A DNA stretch of 63,449 nt, filler included, from Globobulimina sp. (taxonomy: Eukaryota), in NCBI GenBank assembly GCA_003354225.1. It is 31 parts of 31 records of this genome, joined end to end, with 100 filler letters (N's around TTAATTAATTAA, not from the genome) between each part and the next. Parts side by side here need not be neighbours in the genome. Positions count along the whole stretch, not along the records: positions 14,361 to 16,311 come from PIVH01010271.1; positions 16,412 to 18,362 come from PIVH01010272.1; positions 18,463 to 20,413 come from PIVH01010273.1; positions 20,514 to 22,463 come from PIVH01010274.1; positions 22,564 to 24,513 come from PIVH01010275.1; positions 24,614 to 26,563 come from PIVH01010276.1; positions 26,664 to 28,613 come from PIVH01010277.1; 24 more parts are not named here. One strand, given 5' to 3'. The notes beneath the pieces were generated by a model. That model had not been told where the DNA came from, did not search any database, and saw nothing but the letters and a program-made list of their open reading frames with translations. Each line of letters begins with the position of its first letter. Position 1 is the stretch's first letter. Of the stretch, positions 14,361-27,265 are shown piece by piece. The translations under genes were made by a program, and so were the position numbers.

Positions 14361-15741
14361 CTACTGGCAAACAGATTGACCGCACTGCGCCCGAATGTTG
14401 ATATACATTGGCAATTTTTTGCAATGAATTGACATTATTATATGCCCGAATTGAGGCTATCAAACTGTTGAATAATTTTGCCACATTTTTAAACTCTTCA
14501 AAATCTTCAAAACTCGTCACTTCCATAACCGTCACACCATACTTTATCACAATTGCGTTCATATCATTTTTTATTTGATATTTGTCTTCTTTGTTTCTGA
14601 CCAAATCATATTTGTTTAAAACAATAATCATTGGTTTACGATATGAATAATTATTACCATTTTTCACCAAATCAACAGTATCATACACTTCATTCACTGA
14701 CTCTTTTCTTGTTGCATCACACACAAATGCATAAGCATCAAAACTGTCGGTCTCAGTTTGATACATATCAACATTTATTACCTCAATCACGACATCAATC
14801 ACTGAGATAAAGCCCAAACATTCATTGTTAAATTTTTCTGTATTATCAGCGCCTAACTTAGGTTCCGGAGCTTTGAATGGTTGTTCATTTGTGATGACCT
14901 CTTTAAAATATTTATTTGAGTTGTAATCATTTGTATATTTCTGTGCTAATGAACTTTTACCCACGTTATGACCGCCGAGCATTGCAATCTTTATAGTCAT
15001 TGTATCTCCATCCTCCTCTTTTCCTTTTGCGTCAATATCGGTTTTATTTGCAGCATTGGTGCTACGTTTTTTATTGCGTCCACAACAACTACATCCATCA
15101 CTACTTTTGTTTGATTTTTGATGCTTATTCAATGCACTTCTGATCAATTCATCAAATGCATTCTTTAAATTATCTTGGGTCAAAGCCGAAATTTCCATAA
15201 ATCCGTATCCATAATAATTGCAAAAATCCTGCGCTTTTTTTTGAAAAATATGTCAACCAAAAACCAGGTATATATAGGAAATAAAACAATACCTTCCATG
15301 GTGGACACATGTCTGTGTTCTTCCAAATCACTCTTATTCCCCAATATTACCATAGCAGCCTCAGGAACATGATGTTGTATCTCTGGAATCCATTTACTTG
15401 CAAGGTTCTCAAAAGAAGACCGTGAGGTTATGCTATACATCAATGCAAATACATCTGTTTGTGGATAGGACAGCGGTCTCAATCTGTCATAATCTTCTTG
15501 ACCTGCAGTATCCCACAAACCTGAATATTTCGAATCAAACTTTTTATTACAAAGGGCAGCATACATAGTTAAATATGGTACCCAAGTTTATCGGCTTGCC
15601 ATCAACGAATACATTGGCAGAGTAATTGTCGAATACAGTCGGAATATAGTCACTGGGGAATGCATTGGTTGTATAGCTGATGAGTGTACAGGTCTTGCCG
15701 GTGGCGCCATCACCAACAAACACACATTTTATGTTTTGCAT
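14361..15741 (-). CDS. RAC: Rac/Rho-family GTPase fused to a second Ras-like GTPase domain (3' truncated); introns 15581-15521 and 15292-15234
   Basis: [49 protein letters not shown]; continues without a stop into [18 protein letters not shown]. Confidence 0.88.
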
Positions 15742-15796
15742 AGTGAAAACTGTCAAGAAAAGATCGCTGATCGGAGTGGTCGGATTTTTTATATCT

Positions 15797-16311
15797 TCAA
15801 ACATATTGTTTCATCATAGTCCATGCTGCCTTGCAATATTCATAGTATTTTGAGATATTTAGTCCATAACTACTGAGTGCAAAGGGTGGATTCACTTCTA
15901 CCAATGCCCATTTCCCATTATCTAACAATCCGATATCAATTACGCAGTGACTGAAGGGATTAATGTCCATGATTTCATTCAAGAAATCAATCGAAGGCTC
16001 TTTTGATTGTATTATTACAGAATACAAAACATAAAGACTTGATTCTTGCATTGCAAATATTTTGTTATCGGCAATAAATAATCTGTATTCATTTACAAAT
16101 TGCACCACCTCACATAAGTATACTTGTTCATTTTTACATATATTTGAAGATAAATAGTCCAAATCACAATTTTCTGTCACTTTTGTGGCTTCAAAATCTT
16201 TATTGTTACCACACGGTTTAATAAAGAATGGTTTCTGTAAAGATAAACATTGACTAAAATATATTTTTTCTATTTTCCGGTTGTAAAATATTTTAAAACA
16301 ATTGGGATATG
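15797..16311 (-). CDS. ATP-grasp (DUF4343/R2K-type) protein, 5' truncated
   Basis: [39 protein letters not shown]. Confidence 0.75.
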
Positions 16312-16411
16312 NNNNNNNNNNNNNNNNNNNNNNNNNNNNNNNNNNNNNNNNNNNNTTAATTAATTAANNNNNNNNNNNNNNNNNNNNNNNNNNNNNNNNN
16401 NNNNNNNNNNN

Positions 16412-18362
16412 GGGTAAACGATGAAAAGAATACATATTCGCGATCGCAGCGTAAGTTCGCGCCGCATTTAACGCCCAGTTTCACGCCGGTGACGGGGAAG
16501 GGCAGTCTGTGCCATTTGAATAGTAAGCCAATGGAGAGCATGATTTTGGCCGCCCAGACTGGCCAAAAGTTGCGCGATGTGCAGGACGATGTTGATAGCA
16601 AATTGTTGCAGCATATAAAACTGTCAAATTCCAAGATCGTTGTACTGAAACAAATTATGGATGAGATCAACGCGAAAAGTCAGCAATTACATAAGAGGCT
16701 GTTTGCGGTGACTAATAAAGCTGGAGCTGCCCATTGCAAATTTATTAATGTGTTGGCCTCGTATCGAGAGCTGATATCTGAGTTTGAGCCGGGAGCTGAG
16801 TCGAATGCGATGTTAATAAAATCCAAATCGACTGAGGAGGAAAAGAAAGAAAACGTGTTTTCCATCAAAAGCAGACATCGAAAGAGTTCCAGTGTCGACC
16901 ATCAACAAACGCAGTATGTTTTTTTTTTAGTTATTATGAACTGGCACGGTTTGAATGTGTAGTGTCTGGCATGAATTTGTATGAATTATTTGTCATAATA
17001 TCACTGTTCAAACCTGGCTGGTTTATGCTAATTTTATTTGGTTTGAGGAATATAAAAATGTGGCTGCACTTTTTGTTGCTGTTCAGGGAAACGGCGAAAT
17101 CGAAACTGAGTCATTCTAAAACTAGATCTTTGGCGAAATTGGCATTGAAGAGGGTTCGCAGTGAGAAAACAAAGAATTTCTTAAAACGTAATAAAAAACG
17201 AACTGCCACAGTGACGGTGGCTGATTATCAAAGAAACAGGAAATTAGAAATTATAGAATCGCCACGAAGTACATATGTAAACAACGCGATCAATGACACA
17301 ACAAACGGTGGATTGACATTTGATTTTGGCGTTCGATATTATTACTGGCCATATTATAAAGAGAATAACGACAAAGATAAGGCTTGGAACAATGGGCGAA
17401 AATATAAATATTGGTATATTGCAGCAAAAGAAAATAATCTGAAATTAGAAATGTTCAATTTATCACAGTATAATCCCAAACATGCAGTAAAAGTAAAACA
17501 TAACAAAAATAAAAAAAGTGAGCATAATACTTCGACAGCAAAAGTTTTATTAAAATTGAAAAATAAGTTGAGTTTACGGGACAATACGTCAATAAAAAAA
17601 CAAGTGAGCGAGAAAAAAGAAGCAGAGCAGGAAGAAGAGGCTGATTCCGATGGCGATGGCATTTGTGGAATGAGCATGGAACAATGGAATGACATCGAAG
17701 AGAGAGCGCATTGTTTGCATAAAAGTATCAAATGTAAGCAAATAAAGTGTGATTTGTCAATCTGGGCTGCAGAATATGGCATAAATGAAGCGGATATTAT
17801 AAAAAAACAACATATCATTGCTTTACTAATATTTTGTACTTTTGATCGAATTCGAAATGAATTTCTGTTAACTTTCAATCAATATTATAACACGGCGTTG
17901 TTGGCGGAAGATATGATAAATAAAAATCGCTTTGGAAGCAATAAATCAACAAAGAAAAAAAATAAATTCAGCAATTTTAACTTTAATTCATTTCATTATA
18001 ATTACGAGCGAGGTATTGAATCTATGAAGAAAAATCATAGTTTTTTTAGTAATTTAGGTCGATTGTTACGGGAAGCGGTGGAATGTTTTGGTGAACGCTT
18101 AAATAATAATATGTTTGCAGGGGATCTGAATGAAGAGAAAATATTTTATTTTGGCGTGAATAATGGTTTGGGTTTGTTTAAAAAGACGCTCTGCCAATTT
18201 AAATTACCATTATTATGCTCGAGCTCCGCCAATGTTTTATTAAATTACATCTCCACAGCGGATAACAACGATGGTTTACTCATTGAAATCAAATATTATG
18301 ACCCATTTATCCGCTATTTCGATTGTTCGTTTTTTACAGAATTTTGCAGCGAGAATGAATGT
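16412..18362 (+). CDS. Large protein fragment with a divergent ADP-ribosyltransferase-like C-terminal domain; intron 16914-17086
   Basis: HIIALLIFC, LLREAVECFG, IFYFGV..PLLCSSS..FDCSFF..ENE, spaced like the ART YRG/STS/ExE motifs. Confidence 0.5.
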
Positions 18363-18462
18363 NNNNNNNNNNNNNNNNNNNNNNNNNNNNNNNNNNNNNN
18401 NNNNNNTTAATTAATTAANNNNNNNNNNNNNNNNNNNNNNNNNNNNNNNNNNNNNNNNNNNN

Positions 18463-20413
18463 ATATTTGCCTGCAAATCGTCAAAAATATTAGATATTGC
18501 AGATTATAATTTTTATTTTAATACATTTCATTATGACTTACAATCAACAACTCAAGAAATTGCACTTGACAACAACCTACATTTAAATATAAATCTACAA
18601 GATTTCACAATTGATGTCATCGACAACAAAAAAGAAACATCTCTTTTATCATTAGATATTCTAAACGATAACGACTGGAATGAAATAGCATTAATATCCT
18701 CCATTGATAACTATACAACCATACAATATCATCAATATATTGCTGTTCAAAAATCCTTAAATTACCCAGACGCACAATTACATTGCAAAAAATATTATTT
18801 CGCTAATTTAGCCTCTATAGATCCGTCGCAAAATCATATAGTTAACACATTGTGCCATATGCTGCCACATACTGATAATTGTTGGACAGCTCCATCAGAA
18901 TCAGACTCACCGTCATTAAAATTATGCACATCAACAACTAATGCCATATCCTGCGATATCCAACAACCATTTGTCTGTGAGAAATCTCGCCTATTTTATC
19001 GTTCCCGCTTTGTCGGTGTTGCCACCACTTTCGATAACGAAGATGCACAAAATTATTGTCTGCAGAAATTTGGTACACGTTTAGCACGGTACAACAGTAA
19101 ATATTTAAACTTAGCCATCGACGCATGCAACGATACAAGCAATGGCGCTTCGTGTTGGATTTATAGCGATAGCGACCTCTGTGTGAAATTAAACAGTGAC
19201 GGCATGATACAGAGTACAAATTGTGCGGAAACAAATTTCTTTTTATGTGATAGATATATTACACCGGAAACACTTGATGTGGGTCATAGTGACAGTGATG
19301 GTGATAGACGACGTCTTGGTGGTAATCGATGGGATAATTATGGGTATAATTATTATTATGATCATGACCTACCGCCACAAGCTGCCGTCGGTGAGTCACA
19401 AGAATATGAAGAACCGGCACCTGCAGCTGGCGCATCAGCAGAAGAAGGTGTACCAGCACAAGCAGCTGGATCTGCAGAGGGTGGGTATGAAGATGAAGAA
19501 GGTGCGTATGAGGATGAACCGGTTGGTAAAGCAGCCGCACCTGCAGCAGGTGGAGGAGGTGCAGGAGATGAAGGATATGAAGAAGAATATGAGGAGGAAC
19601 CAGAGGGTAAAGGTATACCTGCAGGCAAAGGGGTGTTACCATTAAGAAAAAAGAAAATGATGACACCTATGATGAGGAAAAAGATGATGATGAAAAAAAG
19701 GATGATGCACATGACCCCACGCATGAGAATGTTGCATATGATGAAAATGAGGCGTATGGGAATGCATCCTGGCATGATGGGACACCATATGATGCATCCC
19801 GGGATGATGGGGCATGGTATGATGGGACATCCTATGATGGGACATCCTATGATGGGTGGAATGGGTGGCATGAATCCTATGATGGGACAGATGGGCGGCA
19901 TGGGTATGAACCCTATGATGGGTGGGATGGGTGGAATGGGAATGCCAGGAAGGCTGGGCGGTGCTGTATGTTGTATATATATATTTGTTTGCTTTGTGCG
20001 TGTTGTTAGTGTTTGTTGTTTGTTGCTTACATATAACAGCATCATGTGTATGATTTACATTCTAATAATAATAATCAATGGAGACGGCAAATGAGAAAAA
20101 TGTTGCGTATGATGAAAGATATGGATATATTACACAGTGCACATGGTCGCTATAGACATCATTATGGTTCTGGTGGTGGTATGCATCCGAATCCGATGAT
20201 GATGGGTGGTGGAGGTAGAGGTGGAGGTAGAGGTGGAGGTGGACATGAAGGTGGTATGCAGCATTGTGTATTTTTTGGTAAAGAATTAATGTGTAACATG
20301 GGAATGCCAATGGTACAGCCTGGCATGATGATGGGTGGAGGAATGGGAGGAATGGGTGGAATGATGGGAGGAATGGGAGGAATGGGAGGAGGCATGGGTG
20401 GCATGGGTGGCAT
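18463..20413 (+). CDS. Two C-type-lectin-like domains followed by acidic and Met/Gly/His-rich low-complexity regions; intron 19966-20039
   Basis: AQLHCKK..LASI..CW..FVC and AQNYCLQKFGTRLA..CWI..C..FFLCD; frame open from the contig start. Confidence 0.7.
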
Positions 20414-20721
20414 NNNNNNNNNNNNNNNNNNNNNNNNNNNNNNNNNNNNNNNNNNNNTTAATTAATTAANNNNNNNNNNNNNNNNNNNNNNNNNNNNNNN
20501 NNNNNNNNNNNNNTAAAGGTTGCTTTTGCATTTACAACCAAAACAATAGCAATAATCGCAATTATTCTTTTAGTTGTATCCATTTTACTGTAAAATTGTG
20601 TTTTAATTTTTGGACGCTAAAGATAAAAGATGTTAAATTTTTTATTTGAATTATGATAATTGTCCTGTTAATCACCGCTTGATACTGCAGCTGCATATGT
20701 ATAGTGGTAAATCAATGAGTT

Positions 20722-22143
20722 TTGAGTGGTTTTCAAAGTAGTGTCAATAGCATGTTTGGTCCGCAACTCCCCAGCCACTTGACACAAACACAAAAAAAGA
20801 GGTCTCTGCCTGCTGGACATGCACCAGAACGGCCTTTGAAACGAAGAAAATTGAAATTGAATGACAAAGTTGAAGATGAAAAGGAGAGCGAGGAGGAGAA
20901 GAAAGTCAAAGGGATGCATCGGCGCAACATTTATAGAAACAATAAACCAAACTATCACAAATTATCATTAAAATACAAGTTTTTCCAAGAAGTGGTGCAA
21001 CAAAACAGCAAAACGGGAGCTTATTACGTCGATTATAACGATGCAAAATCAAATGTGATGCTCACCAAAGTATTATTGAAAGAGGATTTTGATTTGGAAT
21101 TTGAGCATCCGACAAATCATTTATGTCCACCGATAACACAAAGATTAAATTACATTCTATGGGTCCAAGATTTGCTGCAATGTCTCACTAAAAACGAGAA
21201 TTCGAAGAAATATCATGGCTTTGATATTGGCGTTGGTGCTTCGTGTATTTTTCCTTTGTTATGCATCAAAATTGGAGAGCAACAAAATGAATCATGGTCC
21301 TTTATTGCATCAGATATTGATCCCAAATCCATTCGATTTGCAAATACAAACATTGAAATAAATAATTTAAATCACAAAATCAAAATTATGCATCAAACGG
21401 ATCGGCAACACATTTTTAAGGGCATTGTTGATGGAGATATGTTGCTTGATTTTACTGTGTGTAATCCGCCATTTTTCCAACACGCTCAAGAAACACAACT
21501 GAATAAATCGAGAAGAAACAATGCGACATATTCCGAGTTAGTGTACGAAAATGGCGGCGAAGTTGGTTTTGTCTCGTTAATGATTCATGAAATAAAAGAA
21601 TTGAAATTGTTTGACAGAATAAATTGGTTCACAACAATGTTAGGCAAGAAATCGTCTGTAAAGTTGATAGAAAATATGTTGAATAAATCGCATCTGAATG
21701 TATTTGTTGTGACATCTGAGTTTTTTCAGGGAAAGCAAGTTCGATGGGGCTTGGCATGGACGTATAATATGCACATTAAACACAAATATAATTTGATCCA
21801 CGCCAACCACGCCAGCCACGATAAGAAAAATAAAAAGCAAGAAAATGAATTTCTATTTGATTTACTGGTCGATGCTGAGGCGACTGATTATAATCAATGT
21901 GTAATCAACAAAATAGAAATATTATTCAGAAAATATGGAATTAAATGTGAGGATGCTTTGCAATTAAATGGCGATGGCTGCATTGAAATGGATGATATTC
22001 GGAATAATGGGTTTTCATTCAGTATGAGGTGGATAATGCAAGCAAACAAAATGAGATTATCCATTGTTATGTCTTTTCGTTATCTGAAAGGTGACAAACA
22101 ACTTTTTGATGGCTTTGTGAAATGGTTTCGTCACTCTTTATAG
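20722..22143 (+). CDS. METTL16: RNA N6-adenosine methyltransferase, METTL16/RlmF family
   Basis: LCPPITQRLNYILWVQDL, DIGVGASCIFPLL, CNPPFF, GGEVGFV, WFTTMLGKKSS, QGKQVRWGLAW. Confidence 0.92.
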   Translation: MSGFQSSVNSMFGPQLPSHLTQTQKKRSLPAGHAPERPLKRRKLKLNDKVEDEKESEEEKKVKGMHRRNIYRNNKPNYHKLSLKYKFFQEVVQQNSKTGAYYVDYNDAKSNVMLTKVLLKEDFDLEFEHPTNHLCPPITQRLNYILWVQDLLQCLTKNENSKKYHGFDIGVGASCIFPLLCIKIGEQQNESWSFIASDIDPKSIRFANTNIEINNLNHKIKIMHQTDRQHIFKGIVDGDMLLDFTVCNPPFFQHAQETQLNKSRRNNATYSELVYENGGEVGFVSLMIHEIKELKLFDRINWFTTMLGKKSSVKLIENMLNKSHLNVFVVTSEFFQGKQVRWGLAWTYNMHIKHKYNLIHANHASHDKKNKKQENEFLFDLLVDAEATDYNQCVINKIEILFRKYGIKCEDALQLNGDGCIEMDDIRNNGFSFSMRWIMQANKMRLSIVMSFRYLKGDKQLFDGFVKWFRHSL

Positions 22144-22563
22144 TTGTGTCAGACTGCAGTGTATTAAGGACATTGTTGTTTGTTTTTAATTTTTATCTTG
22201 TTGTTAAAAAACGTGTGGTTTAGTTTACTTCGAAAACTTTGTCACGAATTCAACAGATTAAAAAAGGGTAATATCTCATCAAATATTTCAAATTGATTTT
22301 GTATGGTGCACTTATGAAGCATGACAATATCAAAAATGGTAAGCAACAGCATTGAATTGAAGAAACAAGAAACAAGAAACAGTCAAACATTGCTTCTATG
22401 GGAAAGCTTTTATAGCATCTTCTGGTGTTCTATTTTCAACAACAATATGGAAATCATGGTATTNNNNNNNNNNNNNNNNNNNNNNNNNNNNNNNNNNNNN
22501 NNNNNNNTTAATTAATTAANNNNNNNNNNNNNNNNNNNNNNNNNNNNNNNNNNNNNNNNNNNN

Positions 22564-22873
22564 AAGAGCATATAAGGTTGGATTTGAATATTTGTATTTT
22601 CAAAATAATGCTGTTCTCGCACAGAAACGTTTTGAAACAGCATTGGTAATTGACCCTACTTTTATTCATTGTTATATGGGTTTGGTGGATATTTATTCTC
22701 GACATAGGCGCACTATACATGTGGTTGAGAGATTTCTAAAAATTGCATACCTTCTCAATCCACAAAATAATATGGTAAAAGCACGTTTTATGAAATTTTT
22801 GGAGATTAAGGGTGATTCAAAATTGTTACAACATGTTAGCGCCGGTCAACCTTTAACCTCTGACTTTTTTTAA
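22564..22873 (+). CDS. TPR-like protein C-terminal fragment
   Basis: A..FETALVIDP and FLKIAYLLNPQN helical-repeat pattern. Confidence 0.45.
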
Positions 22874-22923
22874 ATTTATCCATGATTGAAGATTTTCGGT
22901 GAAGTAGCCAGTCATCCATCATC

Positions 22924-24166
22924 ATGTCCGTTGCAGACAGCGCATTAACTATTTTAACATTAGTAGCTGAATTCTTAATCATCGCAGGATTCAGTTGCTC
23001 CATCGATTTGAAGCTATTTGCCTCTTATGTGAAACGACCAAAAGGAATCACGATTGGGTTACTTTGCCAATATGGTTTTTCTCCGTTAATTGCGTTCTCA
23101 GTCTCAAAATTATTAAATCTCCCACCATTACAAATGATCGCGTTAATTATTACAGGAAGTTGTCCGGGCGGCACATTCTCCAATTTTTGGTGTTGGTTTT
23201 TCGGTGCCGATTTATCTCTTTCTATAGCTATGACCACTGCTTCATCCCTATTATCATTCGTTTTTCTTACACTTAATAGGTTTGTACTCTCGTACAACAT
23301 TAATTAATTTATCTATTTATCCATATATCCAAAATACAACACAGCTTCCTATATATCCAAGTAATAAATGATGGCTCTGTTAATATTGATTATGGAGCAT
23401 TAACTCTCTCCGTTCTAGTCTTATTAGGCGGCGTTGTCGTTGGCGTCTACATAGCATTCAAAAACCACGAAAAAATAAAAAAAATATTCCACATTCTCGG
23501 TGCTATATTCCTTGTGTTATTAATGGCTTTTGGGCTTTACAAAATGCGTTGATATCAGATGTGCATCTTTGGGAATTGCCTGGCAACGTTTTTCTTGCTG
23601 CTATAATGTTGAACTTTTCTGCATGGTGTATATCGTTTACGTTTTCATATTTTATATTCAAATTGGAACGTAATCAATCCATTGCGGCCTGCATAGAGTC
23701 GACGAGTCAAAATGTTGGCTTAGCCATAGCCATCGTGCTGTTGACTATGGACAACGAGGACGCCAACGAAGCGCTGGGCATTCCAATGCTGTACGGGGCT
23801 CTTAATATTGTTTGCAATCTGTTGTTTGGAACCGCTTTCCGTTTAACTGGCTTCATCGAGGATAAACAGGATGGCAATTATGAGCGAGCGGGGTTTACAA
23901 AGTGTAGCAGATTGTGCGTGACAGCTAAAGCAAAGGAAACTGCGCAGGAAACGGAGGTGCAAATGACAGTGGTGACCAATATTGACACTACAATGGGAGA
24001 AGCTAAGATGGATAAAACGGAATCGCGCGATCATGAACAAAAAGATGACCTCGAGGTAAATGGACATGTACCGAGTACACGGTCACATACACAATTGAGT
24101 GAATTTACTCTTCCATCCGCAAACACTGCGTCTACGCCTCATGGTGGAACTGCACAGTTATTATGA
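22924..24166 (+). CDS. Bile acid:sodium symporter (SLC10/SBF family); intron 23280-23344; apparent -1 frameshift at A4 23541-23544
   Basis: GLLCQYGFSP, CPGGTFSN, DLSLSIAMT, IESTSQNVGLA. Confidence 0.88.
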
Positions 24167-24613
24167 TTTTTTTGTTAATTTGTATTGTTGATTTAATAGA
24201 ATCCGAACTCGTTTGTTTTTTGTAATTTATGTTTTTGTTTTTGTTTTCAATGTCTATTTTTGTTGGGTTGACATTGAAAATATATTATATGTTTCAATAA
24301 ATTATTCATATTCTTCGGTACAACATTGTATCATTCACGTTTTAGGTATTGCTGCCATATTTATTTTTTGAGTTTGCTTATTAATAATTTAATTTCTTTG
24401 ATGGAATATATCGTTAAGTTATACTTATACTTTTTTATGCAGGTTCTTAATTAACTTTTTTGGCTTAGTTTCGTTTCGTTTCATTTCAACGATTAGAAAA
24501 GTTTTTGGTTAGCNNNNNNNNNNNNNNNNNNNNNNNNNNNNNNNNNNNNNNNNNNNNTTAATTAATTAANNNNNNNNNNNNNNNNNNNNNNNNNNNNNNN
24601 NNNNNNNNNNNNN

Positions 24614-24740
24614 AATAGAAAAACTTTGTCTCAAACTTTGTGATTGAATAATAGGAAAACTTTGTCTCAAACTTCGTGATTGAATAATAGAAAAACTTTG
24701 TCTCAAACTTTGTGATTGAATAATAGACAAACTTTGTCTT
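24614..24740. repeat. 36-nt coding tandem repeat (QSLRQSFSIIQS) in the ABCC linker
   Basis: About 3.5 abutting copies of aatagaaaaactttgtctcaaactttgtgattgaat. Confidence 0.85.
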
Positions 24741-26563
24741 CTTTGAGGATAACTTTCAACGAGCGATTGTCTCTTTTTTTTCACCTTATCTGTCACTTCA
24801 AATTGTGTTAAATCAATATTTGCTTTTTGTAATTCATTCAAAGTGCCTTGAATTTGAATCCGTGAATCTTTCATCACAATAATGTTTTGTGCATATTTTA
24901 AAAATGCGATAGAATGTGTTGATAATATTATTGTTTTGTTATTCTTCTTTAATAATTTTATAAAACATTCTTTAAAAATATGAGTAGCAACTTCAACATC
25001 GAGTGCCGATATTGGATCATCAAAAATATAAACATCTGCTTCACTGTAAACAGCACGTGCCAATGAAACACGTTGTTTCTGCCCACCACTTAGATTTATA
25101 CCTTTTTGTCCAATTTCAGTTTCATCTCCGTTTCTAAGCATTCTTAAATCTGAAGTTAATCCACACGCATTGATCACTGTATCATAAAACATTTCATTAT
25201 ATTCTTTACCAAATAATATATTTTCTTTAATGGTTGCGTTTTGTATCCATGCAACCTGTGAACTATAACCGATTGACATATTATCATAATATTTGATAGT
25301 GCCATGTTCTTCACTTTTATTTAAACAACCAATAATAGCAGATATCAATGCAGATTTTCCTGACCCTGTTTGTCCAATTATCATTGTCAATGATCCAACT
25401 TTAAAATCACAATTAATATCTTTTAATGCAGTGTGTTGCAATCCATCATCCCAATAAAATGTCGCTTCTCTAACAGACAATGCATGTTTCTTTTCATCTT
25501 TAGCATTTGTAACATATTCAATTTGATCTTGTGTCACATTTGGAGAACTAAGAAATAATCTAATTCTTTTGAAAGAAATCGATGCATCGATTAAGTTTAC
25601 GATAGATCTGTAATATAAATATGTGAATATAGAATTTACTTAACAATATAGAATTTACTTAACAGTGGAAGTAGCTCAAATGGAGCGCTAATTTGATCCA
25701 GAAACGCCATGGTAACAAATACTTTTTTTGGTGTTAGAGTGTGACCAGAAAATGCATAAACACCAAATGGGATTATATTCATTAATACAAGTATGGAATA
25801 CAATATAACATTAGTCATTGATTCATATATATTGTATTTACGTAATATTTTCAATTCATTTTTACGAATACCATTGATTTTATCTGCATATTGTAGCTCC
25901 CATGCATACATTTTTATAGCTCTTATTGCATCAAATACTTCATTTACCATAGACAATCTGTCATCTCTTATTTTAACCAATTGTTTGCTCGCATGATTAA
26001 AGTTAATTAAAACTTTGACTATTTTTTGTAAAAACATATATTGAAAAAAAAAGAATTAAAATGAAATAAGAAATTAGATACTAAACTTTGTATAGGTACT
26101 AATATAAGAAGTACAAGTCCTAATCCAGCAAATAAACTCCACTGAAGCTCTTGATATATGAAATATAATATTGCCAATATAAAAAACGGTAATGTAAATA
26201 AACATTTAACAGTTGACGCTGCATTTTGTAATTTGTTACAATCAGTTGTGATCATATTCATTATATGACCTGAACCATGTTGGTTTTGTGAAGCTACACT
26301 AATTGTTAATAATTTATCATAAATAGCTGCTAATAAACTACCACGGATCCTTGCACCAAGTGCACATTCTCGATGCAACATTTGGTCATTTATCATGACT
26401 TTGACAAGCTTTACAACAAATAAAAGTGCAGCATAAAGAAATAGTTCTTTTTGATTGTTCGCTTCTGCTGAATCAATAAATGCACCAATGATAAAAGGAA
26501 TAAATATACCTGTGATATTAACTATAAATGCTAATGGAAAAACCACATAAAATTCTTTGCCAA
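24614..26563 (-). CDS. ABCC/MRP transporter, TMD1-NBD1 fragment; introns 26086-26019 and 25663-25608
   Basis: IKMYAWE, GQTGSGKS, EIGQKGINLSGGQKQRVSLARAVY, IFDDPISALD. Confidence 0.93.
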
Positions 26564-26663
26564 NNNNNNNNNNNNNNNNNNNNNNNNNNNNNNNNNNNNN
26601 NNNNNNNTTAATTAATTAANNNNNNNNNNNNNNNNNNNNNNNNNNNNNNNNNNNNNNNNNNNN

Positions 26664-27102
26664 AATTCAGCAAATATTCATCCTTTGCGGGATTTGGTTT
26701 TGTTGCCAAAAATACGCCATAATCTTTTGTTTGAAATTCAATCGGTTTATGTATATTAGCAAAACCTTTTGAGTATAATACGTGGACAGAAGCCAGGGTT
26801 GCATGGCCGCAAAATTTAACTTCTGTCACAGGAGTCCACCATCTTAAAAAATATTTGTTTGTTACGGATGATACGTTCTCTGATTTGTCATAAACTGGCA
26901 CTAAAAACCTGTTGTGTGTTTGTAACGCATTTATCATGAAATATAATTATTGATTTGATACACACGCTGTTTCTGATAAATTGATTTCAGCTGCTATTTT
27001 TTGACATAATTGTTCGTCATATTGATTAATTATTGCAACTGCGGCTGGATTGCCACAAAATGGAGCTGTTGTGAAGGCGTCAACTGTCCATAATTGTAGC
27101 AT
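26664..27102 (-). CDS. PhzF/PBLD-family isomerase (3' truncated), one intron about 26965-26909
   Basis: VDAFT..FCGNPAAV, AAEINLSETA|F, LRWWTPVTEVKFCGHATLAS. Confidence 0.92.
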
Positions 27103-27265
27103 CTTTAGGTACAAGTTTTTCTTGTTTTTTTGGCTGCATGAAAAATCATAGAAACAAAAACGATTACTAGTTATATATAAACGTCTGATATCCTTCATTA
27201 TGTATATGGGTTGTGTAAAAATGAATAATAAACGACGGGTTATTTCCGAAAAACTTCAAAAACAC

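Noticed and set aside
19223-20413. Overlapping antisense and alternate-frame ORFs (also at 11568-11975 and 28003-28545)
   Set aside because: Shadows of low-complexity coding repeats
23541-23544. Programmed frameshift in SLC10 (and in the discoidin gene near 59641)
   Set aside because: One missing base in a short homopolymer is most simply a sequencing error or point indel
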